Positions 42,325 to 56,453 of a stretch of 64,000 nucleotides of DNA are shown here, piece after piece. The first letter of the stretch is position 1. Each line of letters begins with the position of its first letter. The notes under the pieces were generated by a model. It did not search any database and was not told where the DNA came from. It was given only the letters and a program-made list of their open reading frames with translations. The stretch comes from the human T2T-CHM13v2.0 reference genome, Homo sapiens, in assembly GCF_009914755.1 (NCBI RefSeq), contig NC_060939.1; one strand, written 5' to 3'. The position numbers and the translations under genes were made by a program.

Positions 42325-42900
42325 CAGTGTTCTGTAGGTGGCTCAGGATTCTGTAGAAAAAAGGCAGGTTAGAATCCAATAAGTGGGAAATGCTGTTTAT
42401 TGCATCCCCCTCTTGGAAATTCACAATCACACTAGCCTATTAAATGCTCTGATAAGATCCTGCAGGAAGACTATATATCAAACTGGTTAAATATATTGCT
42501 TGGCTTTGGAGTTAAATAATCCTAGTTTGAACTCTAGCCCTGCCCAAAACTAAGCAAGCTACTTAACCAATCAAACTAATAATTAAGACAGTTCTACCCT
42601 TGGTTTCCTCAACTATAAAATAGGGAGAATAGTAGTATCTACTTCCCTAGGTTGTCATGAAGATTAAAGAAAATATTTTATGTAAAGCATTTAGCATAGT
42701 TCCAGGTGCACAGGAAATGCTCAAAATATCTTAGATACAATAAGAATTATTATCTTATCATGTAATAAATAAACCAACCTGTTTAACTTTGCTCACTTCA
42801 GTATTTTTTACCCTTTGCCTATGGAACTATCTTTTCAAGAACACCTACAAACATTTGAAAATATATTAGTGTTTTGAGATAAACAGATTATGAAGCATTG
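42325..42900. mobile_element. hAT-Charlie (Charlie4-like) relic interrupted by a + strand MIR (~42480-42750)
   Basis: 'aattcacaatcacactagcctattaaatgctctgataagatcctgcag' ... 'aacctgtttaactttg'; MIR core 'tttcctcaactataaaatagggagaatagtagtatctacttccctaggttgtcatgaagattaaa'. Confidence 0.6.
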
Positions 42901-43749
42901 ACCTTGTGAGAATCACACAGTCCAAGGCAGGTGCTTATGACTTGCTCCTCTCACCACTCTGAAGTTATTCAAATTTAATGTGGGCGGTGGGGCTTGGAAT
43001 GGGAAGGGCTGTAGCTTTGATGTGTCAGAGGATGACTAGAAGAAGGCCAGTGGTGGAAGAAAAGGCAAGAGAGCTGTTCATCTATTTTTGTTTTTGTAAT
43101 ATTTGGCAATAATTGAGTAACAATTATCCTAATGGATTAATGTTTATTTGGAAAGTTACCACTATCTGTTTATGTTTGCCTCTTAAAATTTCATCACCAC
43201 ATTGTCTAAAGACATTTCATTACTTGTCCTTATAGTCTTAACAACTTCCCCAAGACTTCAAATAAGGCTTTCAATCTCCTACCGAACATGGGAGAAGTAA
43301 GACACTATTCTGCCATTTTCCTTCAATCTGCTGTTGTACGCCAGGATATTCACTTCTTCTCTTATATGTCTGTTAACAGCAGATTTCAAGCATTATATAA
43401 ATCAGTGCCTAACAATATCAATTTTAGATTTAAAATAGTCCTAGGATAAAATGTATTGATTTTAGAGAAGGCTTTGTGTAAATTATTATATTTATAGTTT
43501 CTCCTAAAAAATGGACAATTCTATACACTTACTTTGTTTCCATAATAGTGGAAAAGTAAAGCAGACTATTTTGATCAGAGAAAAAGAAGGGAAAATATAG
43601 ATCAAATTGTTATCAATTTTTTAAAGTGTTTCAAGGTGTGGTCTATATGATTTTTTGCTCTCATTGCCTATAACTTTAACCACTCATTGTGCTTAGAATT
43701 CTTGCCAAAAAATTTAGCCAAATTTGTTTTGGATTTCTGATGGGACATC

Positions 43750-43753
43750 TTTT

Positions 43754-43825
<72 letters not shown>

Positions 43826-43831
43826 TTTTTT
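43750..43831. repeat. (TTTC)n tetranucleotide microsatellite
   Basis: About 18 pure TTTC units followed by a T run. Confidence 0.97.
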
Positions 43832-44005
43832 AAAGCAAGCTAACATAGGAACAGAAAACCAAATACTGCATGTTCTCACTTATAAGTGGGAGCCAAATAA
43901 TAAGAACACGTGGACACATACAGGGGATCAACAGACACAGGGGCCTTCCTGAGGGTGGAGGGTGGGAGAAGGGAGAGGATCAGGAAAAATAACTGTTGGG
44001 TACTA
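43753..44005 (-). mobile_element. Short 5'-inverted L1PA insertion (antisense tail plus sense 3'UTR fragment)
   Basis: Sense L1 text 'gaacagaaaaccaaatactgcatgttctcacttataagtgggag...ggatcaggaaaaataact'; whole unit flanked by the 10-bp repeat ggacatcttt (43743-43752, 44006-44015). Confidence 0.8.
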
Positions 44006-44519
44006 GGACATCTTTACAGTAGATTTATTTTTAATTCTTCCTTTAGGGGCTTTGTGCTCTATTTAAAAAATTATATGTACCTCATTGGAATGTTATTAAT
44101 CTATGAGTTTATACTACGAGAAATTCTTCACTGGTTTTTGAACAAAGCTAAAAGAAAATTAAGGATTCTGCTTCACACTGGTGAATCTTTAAATTACATA
44201 TACACACATATTTAATTAATGGGGGTAACGAATGCTCATTCATTCATTTTGGCTAACAAAGGACTTAATGGGGATATAATAATAATTAAGACAGTCCTAA
44301 GGTCAAGAAGTTTCCAGTCTGCTAACATGCTAAAAAAGCCACCCATATGTGTCATTTGCACTATTGCAAAAGTCTGTACAGGATGCTATGGGAGAACAGA
44401 GAGTAGAGAAGTCTTCCTAGAAAAGCTGCTATTTGAGACTTGAAGGATAAATGGGAAATACAGAAGGAGAGGGTTGTCTGTAAAAATTATGAGTTTCTGG
44501 CTCCTTCTTTGGTTCTTTT

Positions 44520-45495
44520 CTTTTTTCTAGGTATTCTCACTTCCTAAGTCTTCTTCCATAGTTACATGGCTGTCAATTCCATTTATATTAATGTGCTTAC
44601 CACATTTATTTAGCTCTGACATTTCCCCTGAATTCTAGAATCATATCTAACTGCCTATCTAATATTGCAACTAGGTATTTAATATCACATTTTATATATT
44701 TAAAACAGAAAACTTTAAAAACTGCTTGCCCACCAATTTGATCTTTTTCTAGTGTTCCCTGTTATAAAATCGCACTGCTATTTATCTAGCTCTTAGATTT
44801 CTCTCTTGCTCCCTATATCCAATCCATCAGTACATTTTATTGGCTTTACCTTCAAATTATATGCTGCTTCTTACTATTTGCTGCTACTGCTCTGCCCAAG
44901 TCATCTCTCCTCAGGATCATTGCAAGAGATGACAAAAGAGTCTCCCTGCTTCTCCACATGCCCTGCACCTGCAGCGGGCAGAATGCTTCTTTTGAATCAT
45001 AAGCCACATCATGTCACACCCTGGCTCACACCCTCCAGTGGCTTCCTATTAAGGAATAAAATCCAAAGTCCTGAGCATGGCTTTTAAACTTCCACATGGT
45101 CTCCCTGGATACCTCTCTAACTCTCCTCCTCACTCATCCTCTCCAGCTACACTGTCTTTACAGCTGTCTCCTTATACCTTAGGACCTTTGCACTTACTGT
45201 TCTCTGTCTGAAATGGACTTTCCTCCTCTAGCCCACTTGCCTTGTTTCCTCTATTCAAGTCTCAGCTGAAAAGTCACCTCCCTGCATTAGCAAAATTAGT
45301 AAACCCTCTTCCTCAAGCAGCCTCTACTCTGTTTCTGAATTAATTCTTTACATATTTTACTATGTGACTTTTATCATATAGATATGTAAGCTCTGTGATG
45401 CAACAGCTCATTCTGTTTTATTCACTGCTGTATCTCTAATGCTCAGAAGACGAGTTAGCATATAGTAGGTGTCCAGTAAAAGTTGGATGAATTAA
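44520..45495 (+). mobile_element. L2 LINE 3' ~1 kb
   Basis: 'ccctatatccaatccatcag...ccctccagtggcttcctatt...ttaggacctttgcacttactgttc...ttcactgctgtatctctaatgc...catatagtaggtgtccagtaaa'. Confidence 0.85.
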
Positions 45496-45972
45496 ATATA
45501 CATTTCTCATTTTCTTGGGATAATCAGGTAGAGATGTTTAGTTGTGTATATGGAAACAGGAAATTAGAAAGAAAGACCTAGTTTGGAATAAAAAAGTATT
45601 CTACATAGAGTAAGTTACTGCATTCAGAGAGATGAATACAGGCAGTATAGCCAAATTCCTAAAAAGTGAGAAGGGAAGAAATGCATAGAAGCCCACCTTC
45701 CTCATTTAATGGGTAGTTGGCTTAAAAGCAAAGGTTGCACTAACAAAGTTTCAGAATTCCTTGCAGCCTCTCTGGTGAGAATTCTCCTTCCTTTCTTATT
45801 TTCCTCCCTCTATCCCTATTCCCCTCATTTCCTTCCTTAGGCATAGTTTGGATGTGCTTCATTTTAGTGTATCTAATTCATCTAGCATAGCAGAATCCTC
45901 CACTTCAGCAGCTCATGTTCAAGTATGGAAGCTTTAAAAAATATATTTATACTAATATTTGTATTTACATAT

Positions 45973-46344
45973 TAATATGGTTTGGCTCTGTGTCCCCACC
46001 CAAATCTCATCTTGAATTGTAATCTCCGTAATCCCCACATGTCGAGGGAGGGACCAGGTGGGAGGTGATTGGATCATGAGGGTAGTTTCCCCCATGCTGT
46101 TCTCGTGATAGTGAGTTCTCAAGAGATATGGTGGTTTTGTAAGACAGTTTTTTTTTTTTACCTGCTTTTGCTTGCTCTCTCTTGCCAGCTCCTGTGTAAG
46201 ACATGCTTCTTCCCCTTCTGATATGATTGTAAGTTTCCTGAGGCCTCCTCAGCTGTGCAGAACTGAGTCAATTAAACCTCTTTTCTTCATAAATTACCCA
46301 GTCCAGAGTATTTCCTTATAACAGTATAAAAATGGAGTAATACA
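45973..46344 (+). mobile_element. THE1D/MSTA-like MaLR solo LTR
   Basis: 'taatatggtttggctctgtgtccccacccaaatctcatcttgaattgt' to 'ggagtaataca'; TSD CATAT (45968-45972, 46345-46349). Confidence 0.92.
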
Positions 46345-47164
46345 CATATGTAGTGTGTGTATATGTGCATAAGTATATTACACACGTGTATATTCATGTA
46401 TACATACACACATATAATGTTAATACAACTTAGAAAGTACCACATATCTTTATAGTCATGATCAAATGCTATGAGAATTTGGAGGATGAATCTAAGCTGA
46501 AGGTTCAAGACAGGGAAAAGGCATTCAAGCTGGATTCTTGATAGGCAGGATTTAGTGAGGTAGAGGAGAAAGCATGGACAAATGCCTGGAAAAATGCATT
46601 TGGGAAAACATCATCTCAGCTGGCCAAATCATAATCTAAGAGTTCTTATTTTGATCATTGAAGTTATATTTATAGAGCATACTTTACTCTTGTTCACATT
46701 TCCTTTGCATGTCAAAGAAAGTCAAATATGAGTAATTTTTATGATATCTTATGTCATCACTATGTGGCCAAAGGCTATGATTTTATTTATTCAATATGTG
46801 TTTGAAAATCAGTGTTACAAATCTACAAGCTAAGTGATCAGGACAAATGTAAATCTTGTTTTACTCTTCTTCCTTGATTTCAAGGACCATTCACAATCTG
46901 TGCTGAAGGAGTCATACTAGCCATAGTTTATTAATAACATTGTGTATCTCACCCAGACCCAAGGCCATACATACTCAAGATAGTGACTTCTGGTATGATC
47001 TGAGAAGTGCCAAAGATCTCTTTCACAAAATACCTCCCCCCAATTACTCTTGAAATTCTAGAGGCCAGCCTTTTGAGTTATCAGTGTTTTCTTTGACAAT
47101 GATTCCTTATGTCATTGATTTTCCAAATTTTGTGCCATAGCAATCACCTAGGGGAAATGGTTTG

Positions 47165-47260
47165 ATAGGTAGCATTTCTGATTGATCCAGTGGGTCCAGA
47201 TTGTGAGTGTTTAGCATGGTACATGGATCCAGAGACCATACTTTGAGAAACACTGTTTTA
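47165..47260. mobile_element. MER5-like DNA transposon fragment
   Basis: 'gatccagagaccatactttgagaaacactgtttta'. Confidence 0.5.
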
Positions 47261-49409
47261 GATAGCAAACAATTTACAAGGGTAGTGATTCATATATTAG
47301 TGTGAATTCATTTAATTTAATGGCTTCTTTTCTAATAGTAATTTCAGGTAAACTAGAATTTAATAAATAAAGTTAAAAGGTGAGGTATAAGGTTTTGTCC
47401 CAAGTAGGTGTGCACTGGTGGAGTAAAAACCTGAATGCGAACACTGGGCACCTGTAAACAAAAGCATATACGGAATATTTTTTGTTAGTAAATGGGAGAG
47501 GGATGGGCAGAGGTGGAAAAAAAAAACCACTGAATATGCTTTCACTATATTTTATGGCTATTACTTTTTGCTAATTTCTGCCAACATTTCTGTTTGAACT
47601 ATTTCATATTAGTTCCATCCTCTTTCCACTAGGCATTCCTTACATACAGCTTAAACCATTTCAGAACATGCTGAGGAAGTATTTGTTTGAAAATTGAGTG
47701 ACCGTGTTTTGGTATGAGAAAAACTATAATGTGGAAATATTTCTCTTTAGTCTACCAAGATTCAGGTGGATTTGGAAAAGAAAATCATGTTTCTGTACAA
47801 TAATTTTTCTGGCCAGTTCTCTGCAATTTGTTGGAAAATTTTTTTAAAACACCATCTTCTATTTTTTTATCTTTTATAATGTTGCATTTCTCTCTGCTTG
47901 GGACTTATCAATTACATAAACACATGCATGCTTCTTAAGACCCAGTTATTACTCTCTGGCAGCCCTGCTTGTCAAAAAGACTTATTCACTAGTTTCCATC
48001 AGTTTAAGCATTAAGAATAATGTCTTTGGCTTGACCAGCAAGCTATTTTATTGTCTAACTAAATGTTTAATCTCTGCAGAAGCTCTTCATAACTCCCACT
48101 TCATAGCAGCGCTAGTGACACTTCTTATTTTAACAGTGTCAAATTATGCCCAATTTATTTTGTTTGATTTCCTTGTTGTGAACTGTTATGTGTTCTCTAA
48201 ACCTTCTTTCTGGAAGTTAACCCACAGCAGGGAGACACTTGTCACAAGGTGACTTTACTAGCAGTACTTTCTCCTCGGTGATAGAATTGGCTCACCTGCC
48301 AGCTTCAAATGGCTTCCCCCAAACACATAATGGCTGCCTCCCACTGAGATCTGAAGCAACCCCCTACATCTTGGAACCTGGCCAAAATGACACTGCTGAG
48401 ATACACAAGTAGGAACTTTGTTATGTTTTCTGATGTGGAAATGGGACTGTTGAACAGTGAACAAATCTCCTTAATTTAAGATTCTCCTTCTTGGTGGATA
48501 CATGTTATAATCTTAAATTTTAAATAGAAAAAAAATCTACATTTAATTTAGTGTTTAAAAATGGGGACACGATTTTGTAAAAAGACATTTGAAAAAATGA
48601 GCAGTTAATTTATAGAGATATAAATAGAGGTCTTCAAAATATATAACACTCTTACCAACTAGTACCTTATAGCTATTTTTGTAGCACTGACATTTTTCTT
48701 CGGTTGTACTCCAAAATATTGAGCTATTTCTACTGTAGTTGAATAAAGGTAATTAATTTAGGAAGATACCATGCCCTACAAATAAAATATCTATAAGTAT
48801 TATATTTTGACTTATTATAGTTTATTATGTGAAATCATGACAGATTAACTTTCTGTAACTGGAATTTTGAGAGAAAAGATTCTAGAATCTGAGTTTTAGG
48901 GAGTCAGTTCCTCTGGTTGCTGCCTTGCTTCTCATCTCAACAGTGATGATTTTCAGTTTGTTTGGGGACAAATTATAGTGAAATGCATGCACACTTCCCA
49001 TTAGTGTCAATAGGAATTATGCACAGTGACGGAAGAATAGACCCCATATGTTTATGAGAAATGAATGATTTGAAGCATCTGTGAAACATTCTTAAAGGCA
49101 TCTCTATCACTGCATGCAATCCCAGCAAGGTTTAAAAAAAAACACGAGAATTGTATCTCATTATGTAGACTTTAAGGAGCATATCAGCGCAACAACAAAC
49201 ACACATGTTAGTTTTAAACAATACACTGCATTGAACATTTCTATAAGTGTAAAAGTAACTTTAGAGTATAAGCATCCTGTTCCAAAAAATAACATTTCTT
49301 TCTGTGCAATTCCAGTGTGTGTATATGTTCATATGATTTAATAAAGTATTAGCATTTTTATTATATAAAATCCCACTCAGACATTATAGAGTCATGCTTG
49401 GCAGATATT

Positions 49410-50254
49410 TTTAAAATCTTTTAATTTTGCAATAATTTTAGATTTATAGAAAATTGCAAAGATAGTACATAGAATTCCTGTGTACTCTCCATTTAATTTC
49501 CCCTAGTGCTGACACCTTACATAAGCATGGTACATGTGTGAAAATTAAGAAATTTACATAGGAACAATATAATTAATAGACTTTTTTCAGAATTCAGCAT
49601 GTCCTTTTCCTATCTTATCATCAAATCCAGTGTACCACAATATATTTAATCTTTGTCTATTTAATCCCTATGGCAATTCCCTCCCCACCTACTCTTTTTT
49701 TTTTTTTTTAACCACATTGACAGTCATTGGGAGTACTGGTCAGGAATTTTTTTGAATATTCTTCAATTTGGATTTGTCTGATTATTTTCTCATGATTAGG
49801 CTGGGTTTATGGGTTTTTGGAAGAATACCACAGAGGTGAAATACCCTTCTTATCACATAAGGAAGTATATGAGACCAACATCACTTACCAATATTGATGT
49901 TAACCCTAATCACTTAGTTAAGGTGATGTCTGCTCAATTTCTCCATTGTAAAAGTACTAATATTTTTTCCTACACTAATCATTGGCAATTAGTCACTGAG
50001 TCCAATTTATTGTCAAGGGGAAGGAAATTAAACTCTGTCTCTTGGAGGGAGGAATATCTACAGATATTATTTGAATCTCTTCTGTAAAGATTTGTCATTT
50101 CTTAATTAATTGATTAGTTCATGTCTTTATATCAGTATTGACCCAAGAGTATTTATTTCACTCTTTTGGTTATAACACAATACTATTTTTGTTAATTTTG
50201 ATACTCAAACAACAGCTTTGACCAGTGGGAGCTTTTTTAGGTTGGCTCCTATAT
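49410..50254 (-). mobile_element. L1MC-like 3' end (left part; resumes at 56454)
   Basis: 'aataattttagatttatagaaaattgcaaagatagtaca...gggtttatgggtttttggaagaataccacagaggtgaa...gctttgaccagtgggagc'. Confidence 0.8.
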
Positions 50255-53200
50255 CCTTTATTTAGTGATACATAATAGTTGTACATATTTATGGGGTACT
50301 GTGAAATTTGTTACATGCATAGAATGTGTAATGATCAAGTCAAGATATTTAGGGATCCATCACCTCGAATGTTTATCATTTCTATGTTTTAGAAGCATTT
50401 CAAGTCATCTCTTTTAGCTATTTTGAAATGTATAATACATTGTTGTTAACTAGTCACTCTATTCTGCTATAGAACATTAGGACTTACCTTTTTTTAATCT
50501 GTGTGTTTGTACCCATTAACCAACCTCTTTTTATTTCCCCTTCCCACCTACTCACCCTTTCCAGCCTCGGGTATTTTTCATTCTCCCCTCCACCTCCATG
50601 AGATCGACTTTTTTAGCTTCCACATATGAAGGAGAACATGGAATATTTGTCTTTCTGTGCCTGGCTTATTTCACTTAACACAATGACCTCCAGTTCCATT
50701 TATGGTTGCCACGCATAACATGATTTCCTTCTTTTTTATGGCCAAATAGTACTCAATTGTGTATATATGCCACAGCTGCTTCATTCATTTGTCATTGATG
50801 GACACTAAGATTGATTCCACTTCTTTGCTATTGTGAATAGTGCTATAATAAATATGAGGGTGCAAGTATCCCTTTGATATACTGATTTCCTTTCCTTTGA
50901 ATCAATACCCAGTGGTGGGATTGCTTGATAGTATGGTGGTTCTATTTTTTAGCTTTTTGAAAAATCTGCATGCTGTTTTCCATAGTGGCTGTACTAATTT
51001 ACATTCATGCCAAGAGTTCATTATATTTTTTGGGTATTAGTTTCTTGCCAGATGAATAGTTTGCAAATATTTTCTCCCATTTAACAGGCTGTATCTTTAT
51101 TCTGTTGATTGTTTCCTTTGCTGTGTAGAAGATTTTTAGTTTAAAACAGTCCCATTTGTCTCTTTTTGTTTTGGTTGCCTGTGCTTTTGAAGTCTTAACC
51201 ATAAAAATCTTTGCATAGACTTATGTCCTTTTCCCCTATGTTTTCTTCTAGTTGTTTTATAATTTTGGGTCTTATGTTTAAGTCTTTAATCCACATTGAG
51301 TTGGGTTTTGTGGGGGTAAGGATAGGGGTCCAGTTTCATTCTTCTGCACATGGATATCCAATTTTCCTAGCACCATTTATTGAAGAGGGTATCCTTTCCC
51401 CAATGTATGCTCTTGGCATCTTCGTTGAAAATCAGTTGCCTGTAAATACGTGGATTTTCCTGGGTTCTTTATTCTGCTTTATTGTTTCATGTGTCTGTTT
51501 TTATACCAATACTATGCTTTTTTGGTTGCTATAGCCTTGTAATATATTTGGAAGTCAGGTAATGTGATGCCTTGAGCTTTATTCTTTTTGCTTAGGATTG
51601 CTTTGGCTATTTGGGTACTAATTTGGTTCCATATACATTTTAGGATTTTTAAAATATTTCTGTGAAAAATGGTATTGATATTTGATAGAGATTGCATGAA
51701 GTCTGTAAATTGCATTGAGTAATATGGTCATTTTAATGATTTTAATTCTCTCAATCCATAAGCATGAGATGTCATTTTATGTGTTTGTATCCTCCTCAAT
51801 TTATCTTTTCAGTATTTTGTAGTTTTCCTCATAAAAGTCTTTCACTTCCTTGGTTAAATTTATTCTTAGTTTTTTTAGCTATTGTAAATGGGATTGCTTT
51901 ATTGATTTCTTTCTCTGCTAGTTCTTTTTTGGTATATAGAAACACTATTTTTGTATGTTGATTTTGTATCCTGCAATTTTACTGAATTTGTCAGATATAT
52001 GAAATTTTTTGGCTCAGTCTTTAGGTCTTTCTAGATGTAAGATCATGTCATCTGCAAAGGGGGACAATTTAACTTCTTCTTTCCACCTCGGATGCTATTT
52101 ATTTCTCTCTCCTGCCTGATTTCTTTGTCTAAGACTTCCAGTATTATATTGAATAGGTGTAGTGAAAGTGTGCATCCTTGTCTTCAACCAGTTTTTCAAG
52201 AAAAGGCTTTCTGCTTTTCCCCATTCGGTATGATGTTAGCTGTGGGTGTGTGATATATATGACCTTTATTACGTTGCGGCATGTTCTTTCTGTGCCTAGT
52301 TTGTTGAGAGTTTTTATCATGAAGGGATGTTGAAGTTTTTCAAATGCTTTTACTGTGTCTACTGAGATGATAATTTGATTTTTGTCCTTTATTCTGTTAC
52401 GTGATATGTCATGTTCATTGATTTGCATATGTGGAATGATCCTTACATCCATGGGATAAATCCCATTTGATCATGGTGTATAATATTTTTAATGCACTGT
52501 TGGATTCAGTTTGCTAATATTTTGTTGAGGATTTTTGTGTCTGTGTTCATCAGGGATATTTGCCTTTAGTTTTCTTTTTTGTTCCACCCTTGTCTGGTTG
52601 GAATTACTCTGGAATCAGAGTAATGCTGTTATTGTGGAATAAGTTAGGAAGAATTATCTCCTCTTCAATTTTTTGAAACACCTTAAGGAGAATTGGTGTT
52701 AGTTCTTCTTTGTAAGTTTGGTAGAATTCAGCAGTAAAGCCGTCTGGTCTTGGAATTTTCTTTGTTGAGAGACTTTGTATTACTGATTCAATTTCATTAC
52801 TTGTTATTTGTCTGTTCAGATTTTCTATTTTTTTCTGATTCTATCTTGGTAGGTTATATGTGTCCAGAATTTTATCCATTTCCTCTAGGTTTTCAAGTTT
52901 TTTAGTGTATGGTTGTTTATAATAGTCTCCAATAATCTCTTGTATTCCTGTGGTATTAATTCTGATTGCTTATTTGGATGTTCTCTTTCTTTTCCCTTGG
53001 TTAGTCTAGCTAGCAGCTTATTGATTTTGTTTATCTTTTCAAAAAACCAATTGTTTTGTTTAGTTGATTCTTTGTATTTTTTTTAGTTTCTATTTTTATT
53101 TAGTTCTGCTCAGGTCTTTATTATTTCTTTCTTTCCATGTACTAACTTCAGGTTTGGTTTGTTTTTGCCTTTCTAGTTCCTTGAGATGCATTGTTAGATT

Positions 53201-56200
53201 GTTTATTTGAAATCTTTCTACTTTCTTGACATAGGCATTTATTGCTATAAACTTCCCTCTTAGCACTGCTTTTGCTGTATTGCATAGATTTTGATATGTT
53301 GTGTTTCCATTTTTATTTGTTTCAGAAATATTTTGATTTCTTTCTAAATTTCTTTCTTGGCCCATTGATCATTTAGGAACATTCTGTTTAATTTTTCATG
53401 CATTTATACAGTTTCCAAAGTTCTTCTTGTTATTGATTTCTAGTTTTACATTGTGGCCTGAGAAAATACTTGATATGATTTTGATTTTTAAAAATTTGTT
53501 GAGACATGTTTTGTGTCCCAACGTATTGTCTAAACTGGAAAATGTTCTAAGTGCTGATGAGAAGAATGTGTATGCTGTGGCTGTTTAATGAAATGTTCTG
53601 TAAATGTCTGTAAGGTCCATTTGGTATAAAGTGCAGCTTAATCCACTGTTTCTATGTTAATTTTCTGCCTAGATGATGTGTTTAATTCTGAGGGTGGAGT
53701 ATTGAAGTCCCCAAGTATTATAGTATTGGAGCCTATCTCTCCCTTTAGATCTAACATTTGCTTTATATATCTGGGTGCTGTGGTGTTGAGTGCATATATG
53801 CTTAGAAGTATTATATCCTTTTACTAAATTGAGCCCTTTATCATTATGTAATGATCTTTTTTGCTGTTTTTTTACTTAATTTGTTTAATCTGATATGAGT
53901 ATAGCTATACCTGTTCACTTTTGGTTTCCGTTTGTATGGAATATCTTTCCATTCCTTTACTTTCAGTTAATATGTGTCTTTACAGGTAAATTGCATTTAT
54001 TGGAGGGAGCATATGGTTGGGTCATGTTTTTTGATCCATTCAGGTAGTCTATATCTTTTAAGAGAAAAGTTTAATTCATTTATATTTAAGGTTATTATTG
54101 ACATTTGAAGGCTTATTTGTGTTATTTTCTCAATTAATTTCTGGTTATTTTGTATACCCTTTATTCCTTTCTCTCTTACTGTTCAGTTAACATTGTGGTT
54201 TGGTGGTTTTCTGTAGTGGTAACATTTGAGTCCTTTCTTTTCTTTATTTGTGTGTTTACTCTACCAGTGGGTTTATATTTTAATGGGTTTTCATGATAAT
54301 AGATTTTGTCCCTTTGCTTCCAGGTTTAAGACTCCCTTAAACATTTCTTATAGGATGAGTCCAATGGTGATGAATTTCCTCAGCTTTTGCTTGTCTGGGA
54401 GAGACTTTATTTCTCTTTCATTTATGAAGGATAACCTTCCAGGATATAATGTTCTTAGCTAGCAATTTTTTTCCAACCCTTTGAATATATCATCCCATTT
54501 TCTTTTGGTCTTTAAGGTTTCTTCTTTTTAATTTTTAATTTTTGTGCATACATAGCACATATATATATTTATAAGGTCCATTTGATATTTTGATACTGGC
54601 ATACAATGCATAATTATCACATCAAGGGATACTATTACCTCAACATTTATCCTTTTTTGTGTTACAAACAATCCAATTATACTTTTAGTTATTTTTAAAT
54701 GTACAACAAATTATTGTTGATTATGATACATATACACAATGGAGTACTATTCAGCCATGGAAAAGAATGAGATCCTGTCATTTGAAACAACATAGATAGA
54801 GCTGGGAGTCATTATGTTAAGTGAAATAAGCCAGGCCTAAGAAGACAAACTTTGCATTTTCTCACTTATTTGTGAGATCTAAAAATTAAAACAATTGAAC
54901 TCATGGAGCTAGAGTAGAAAAATGGGTAACAGAGGCTGGAAAGGATAGTAGGGTTGGGGGAGTGGAGTTGGTTAATGGGTACAAAAATATAGTTAGATAG
55001 CATGGATAACATCTGGCCTGTAAGGTTTCTACTAGGAAACCCACTATTAAGCTGAAGGTGGTTTGCTTATAAATGAGTAGATGCTTTTCTCTTGCTATTT
55101 TTAGAATTCTCTCTTTGTCTTTGACTTTTGGCAGTTTCACTATAATGTGCAAATGGAGAAGATCTTTTCAAATTGCATTTATTTGGGGATTGCTGAGCTT
55201 CCTTTATCTGGATATCTAAATCTCTTGCTAGACTTCAGAAGTTTTCAGTTATTATTTTGTTAAGTAAGTTTTCTATTCTTTTTGTTTTCTGTTTGCCTTC
55301 TGACACACCTGAGATTTAAATATTTGGTTACTTTATGATGTTCCATATGTCATATAGGCTTTTAAAATTCATTCTTTTTTTAAAAAAAACTTTTGTCTGA
55401 CTGGATTATTTCAAAAGAGTTGTTTTCAAGTTCTAAAATTCTTCTTTCTGTTTGATCTAGTCTATTGCTTAAGCTTTTAAATGTATTTTTTATTTCATTC
55501 AATAAATTATTGGTTTCCAGAATTTTTGTTTGGTTACTTTTTTTTAAATGACATCTATGTCGTTGGTAACTTCTCATTCATATCCTCAATTGGTTTTCTG
55601 ATTTTTTTGTATTATTTACCTGCTTTATCTTGCATCTCATTGAGATTCTTTAATATTATTATTTTGAATTCTTTTGGGGGGATTTTATAAATTTTTGTTT
55701 CATTGGAATCTATTGATAGGAAATTATTTTTTTTCCTTTGGAAGTGTCATATTTCCCTGCTTTTTCATATTTCCTGTGTCCTTACATTGACATCCACACA
55801 TCTGTTGTAACAGTTGCTTCTTCCAATTTTTTAAGTTTGCTTTCATAGGGGAGGATTTTTTCTAAAGATGTATCAATGGTGTTGGTTGGGTAGGGTACTT
55901 TGGCTTTGACTCTGGGTATGTGCAGTAGTGTTTTCTCTGTATGATCTTTGGCTGTAAACAGTGTCAGTGTTGTCTATAATTTTCTCAGTGGCTTACGGTG
56001 TGTTTGTTAGTGGAGGCTACGGTGAATTTTTGCTGATGATAAGGATGCCAGGTGGGCCAGTCCTTGGGCTCCAGTGGTGGTAGCAATGATCTGAGCCTGT
56101 CTTTCTTGGGTCACAGGATGACATATGATAAGGACAATGTTAGCGGATTCAGGCAGATTGATTGTTAGGTCTTCAGGCATCTTGCTCAAGTGCTGGCAGT

Positions 56201-56453
56201 GGCAGCAGTGGGCCAGGTAAATGAGCAGGTCCTCGGACCCCTGGGCAGTGGGTGTGGCGTGGGCTATGGCAGTAGCAGTGGCAGGAAAACCTTTTAGATT
56301 ACAAGCTGCCTGTGCTGGTATTGGCAGTGGCTGTGATGAGCTGGGTAAGCCAGTCTCCTGCAGGTGGCATGTTGGGGTGGGTGCCAGCTGTGATGGCAGC
56401 AGCAGGTTGAGTGGGCCCATCCTCAGGCCTTCAGGAGGAGTGTTCAGGTGTAC
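50255..56453 (-). mobile_element. Long (~6.2 kb) decayed L1MA element: 3'UTR, ORF2, ORF1 and part of the 5' region
   Basis: Minus-strand ORF2 peptides ([29 protein letters not shown]; [22 protein letters not shown]; [20 protein letters not shown]) and ORF1 (HIIVKLPKVKDKERILKIAREK); near-TSD gtt(g/a)gctcctata at 50241 and 56454. Confidence 0.93.
54523..55014 (-). mobile_element. Nested 5'-inverted L1MA2/3-like insertion
   Basis: Antisense 3' end 54523-~54724, then sense 3'UTR ~54725-55014; TSD tggtctttaaggtttct / tggcctgtaaggtttct (54506-54522, 55014-55030). Confidence 0.85.

Noticed and set aside
51005-55577. ORFs with L1 ORF1p/ORF2p similarity
   Set aside because: Short fragments of a decayed L1 with many stops, frameshifts and deletions; not an active element.
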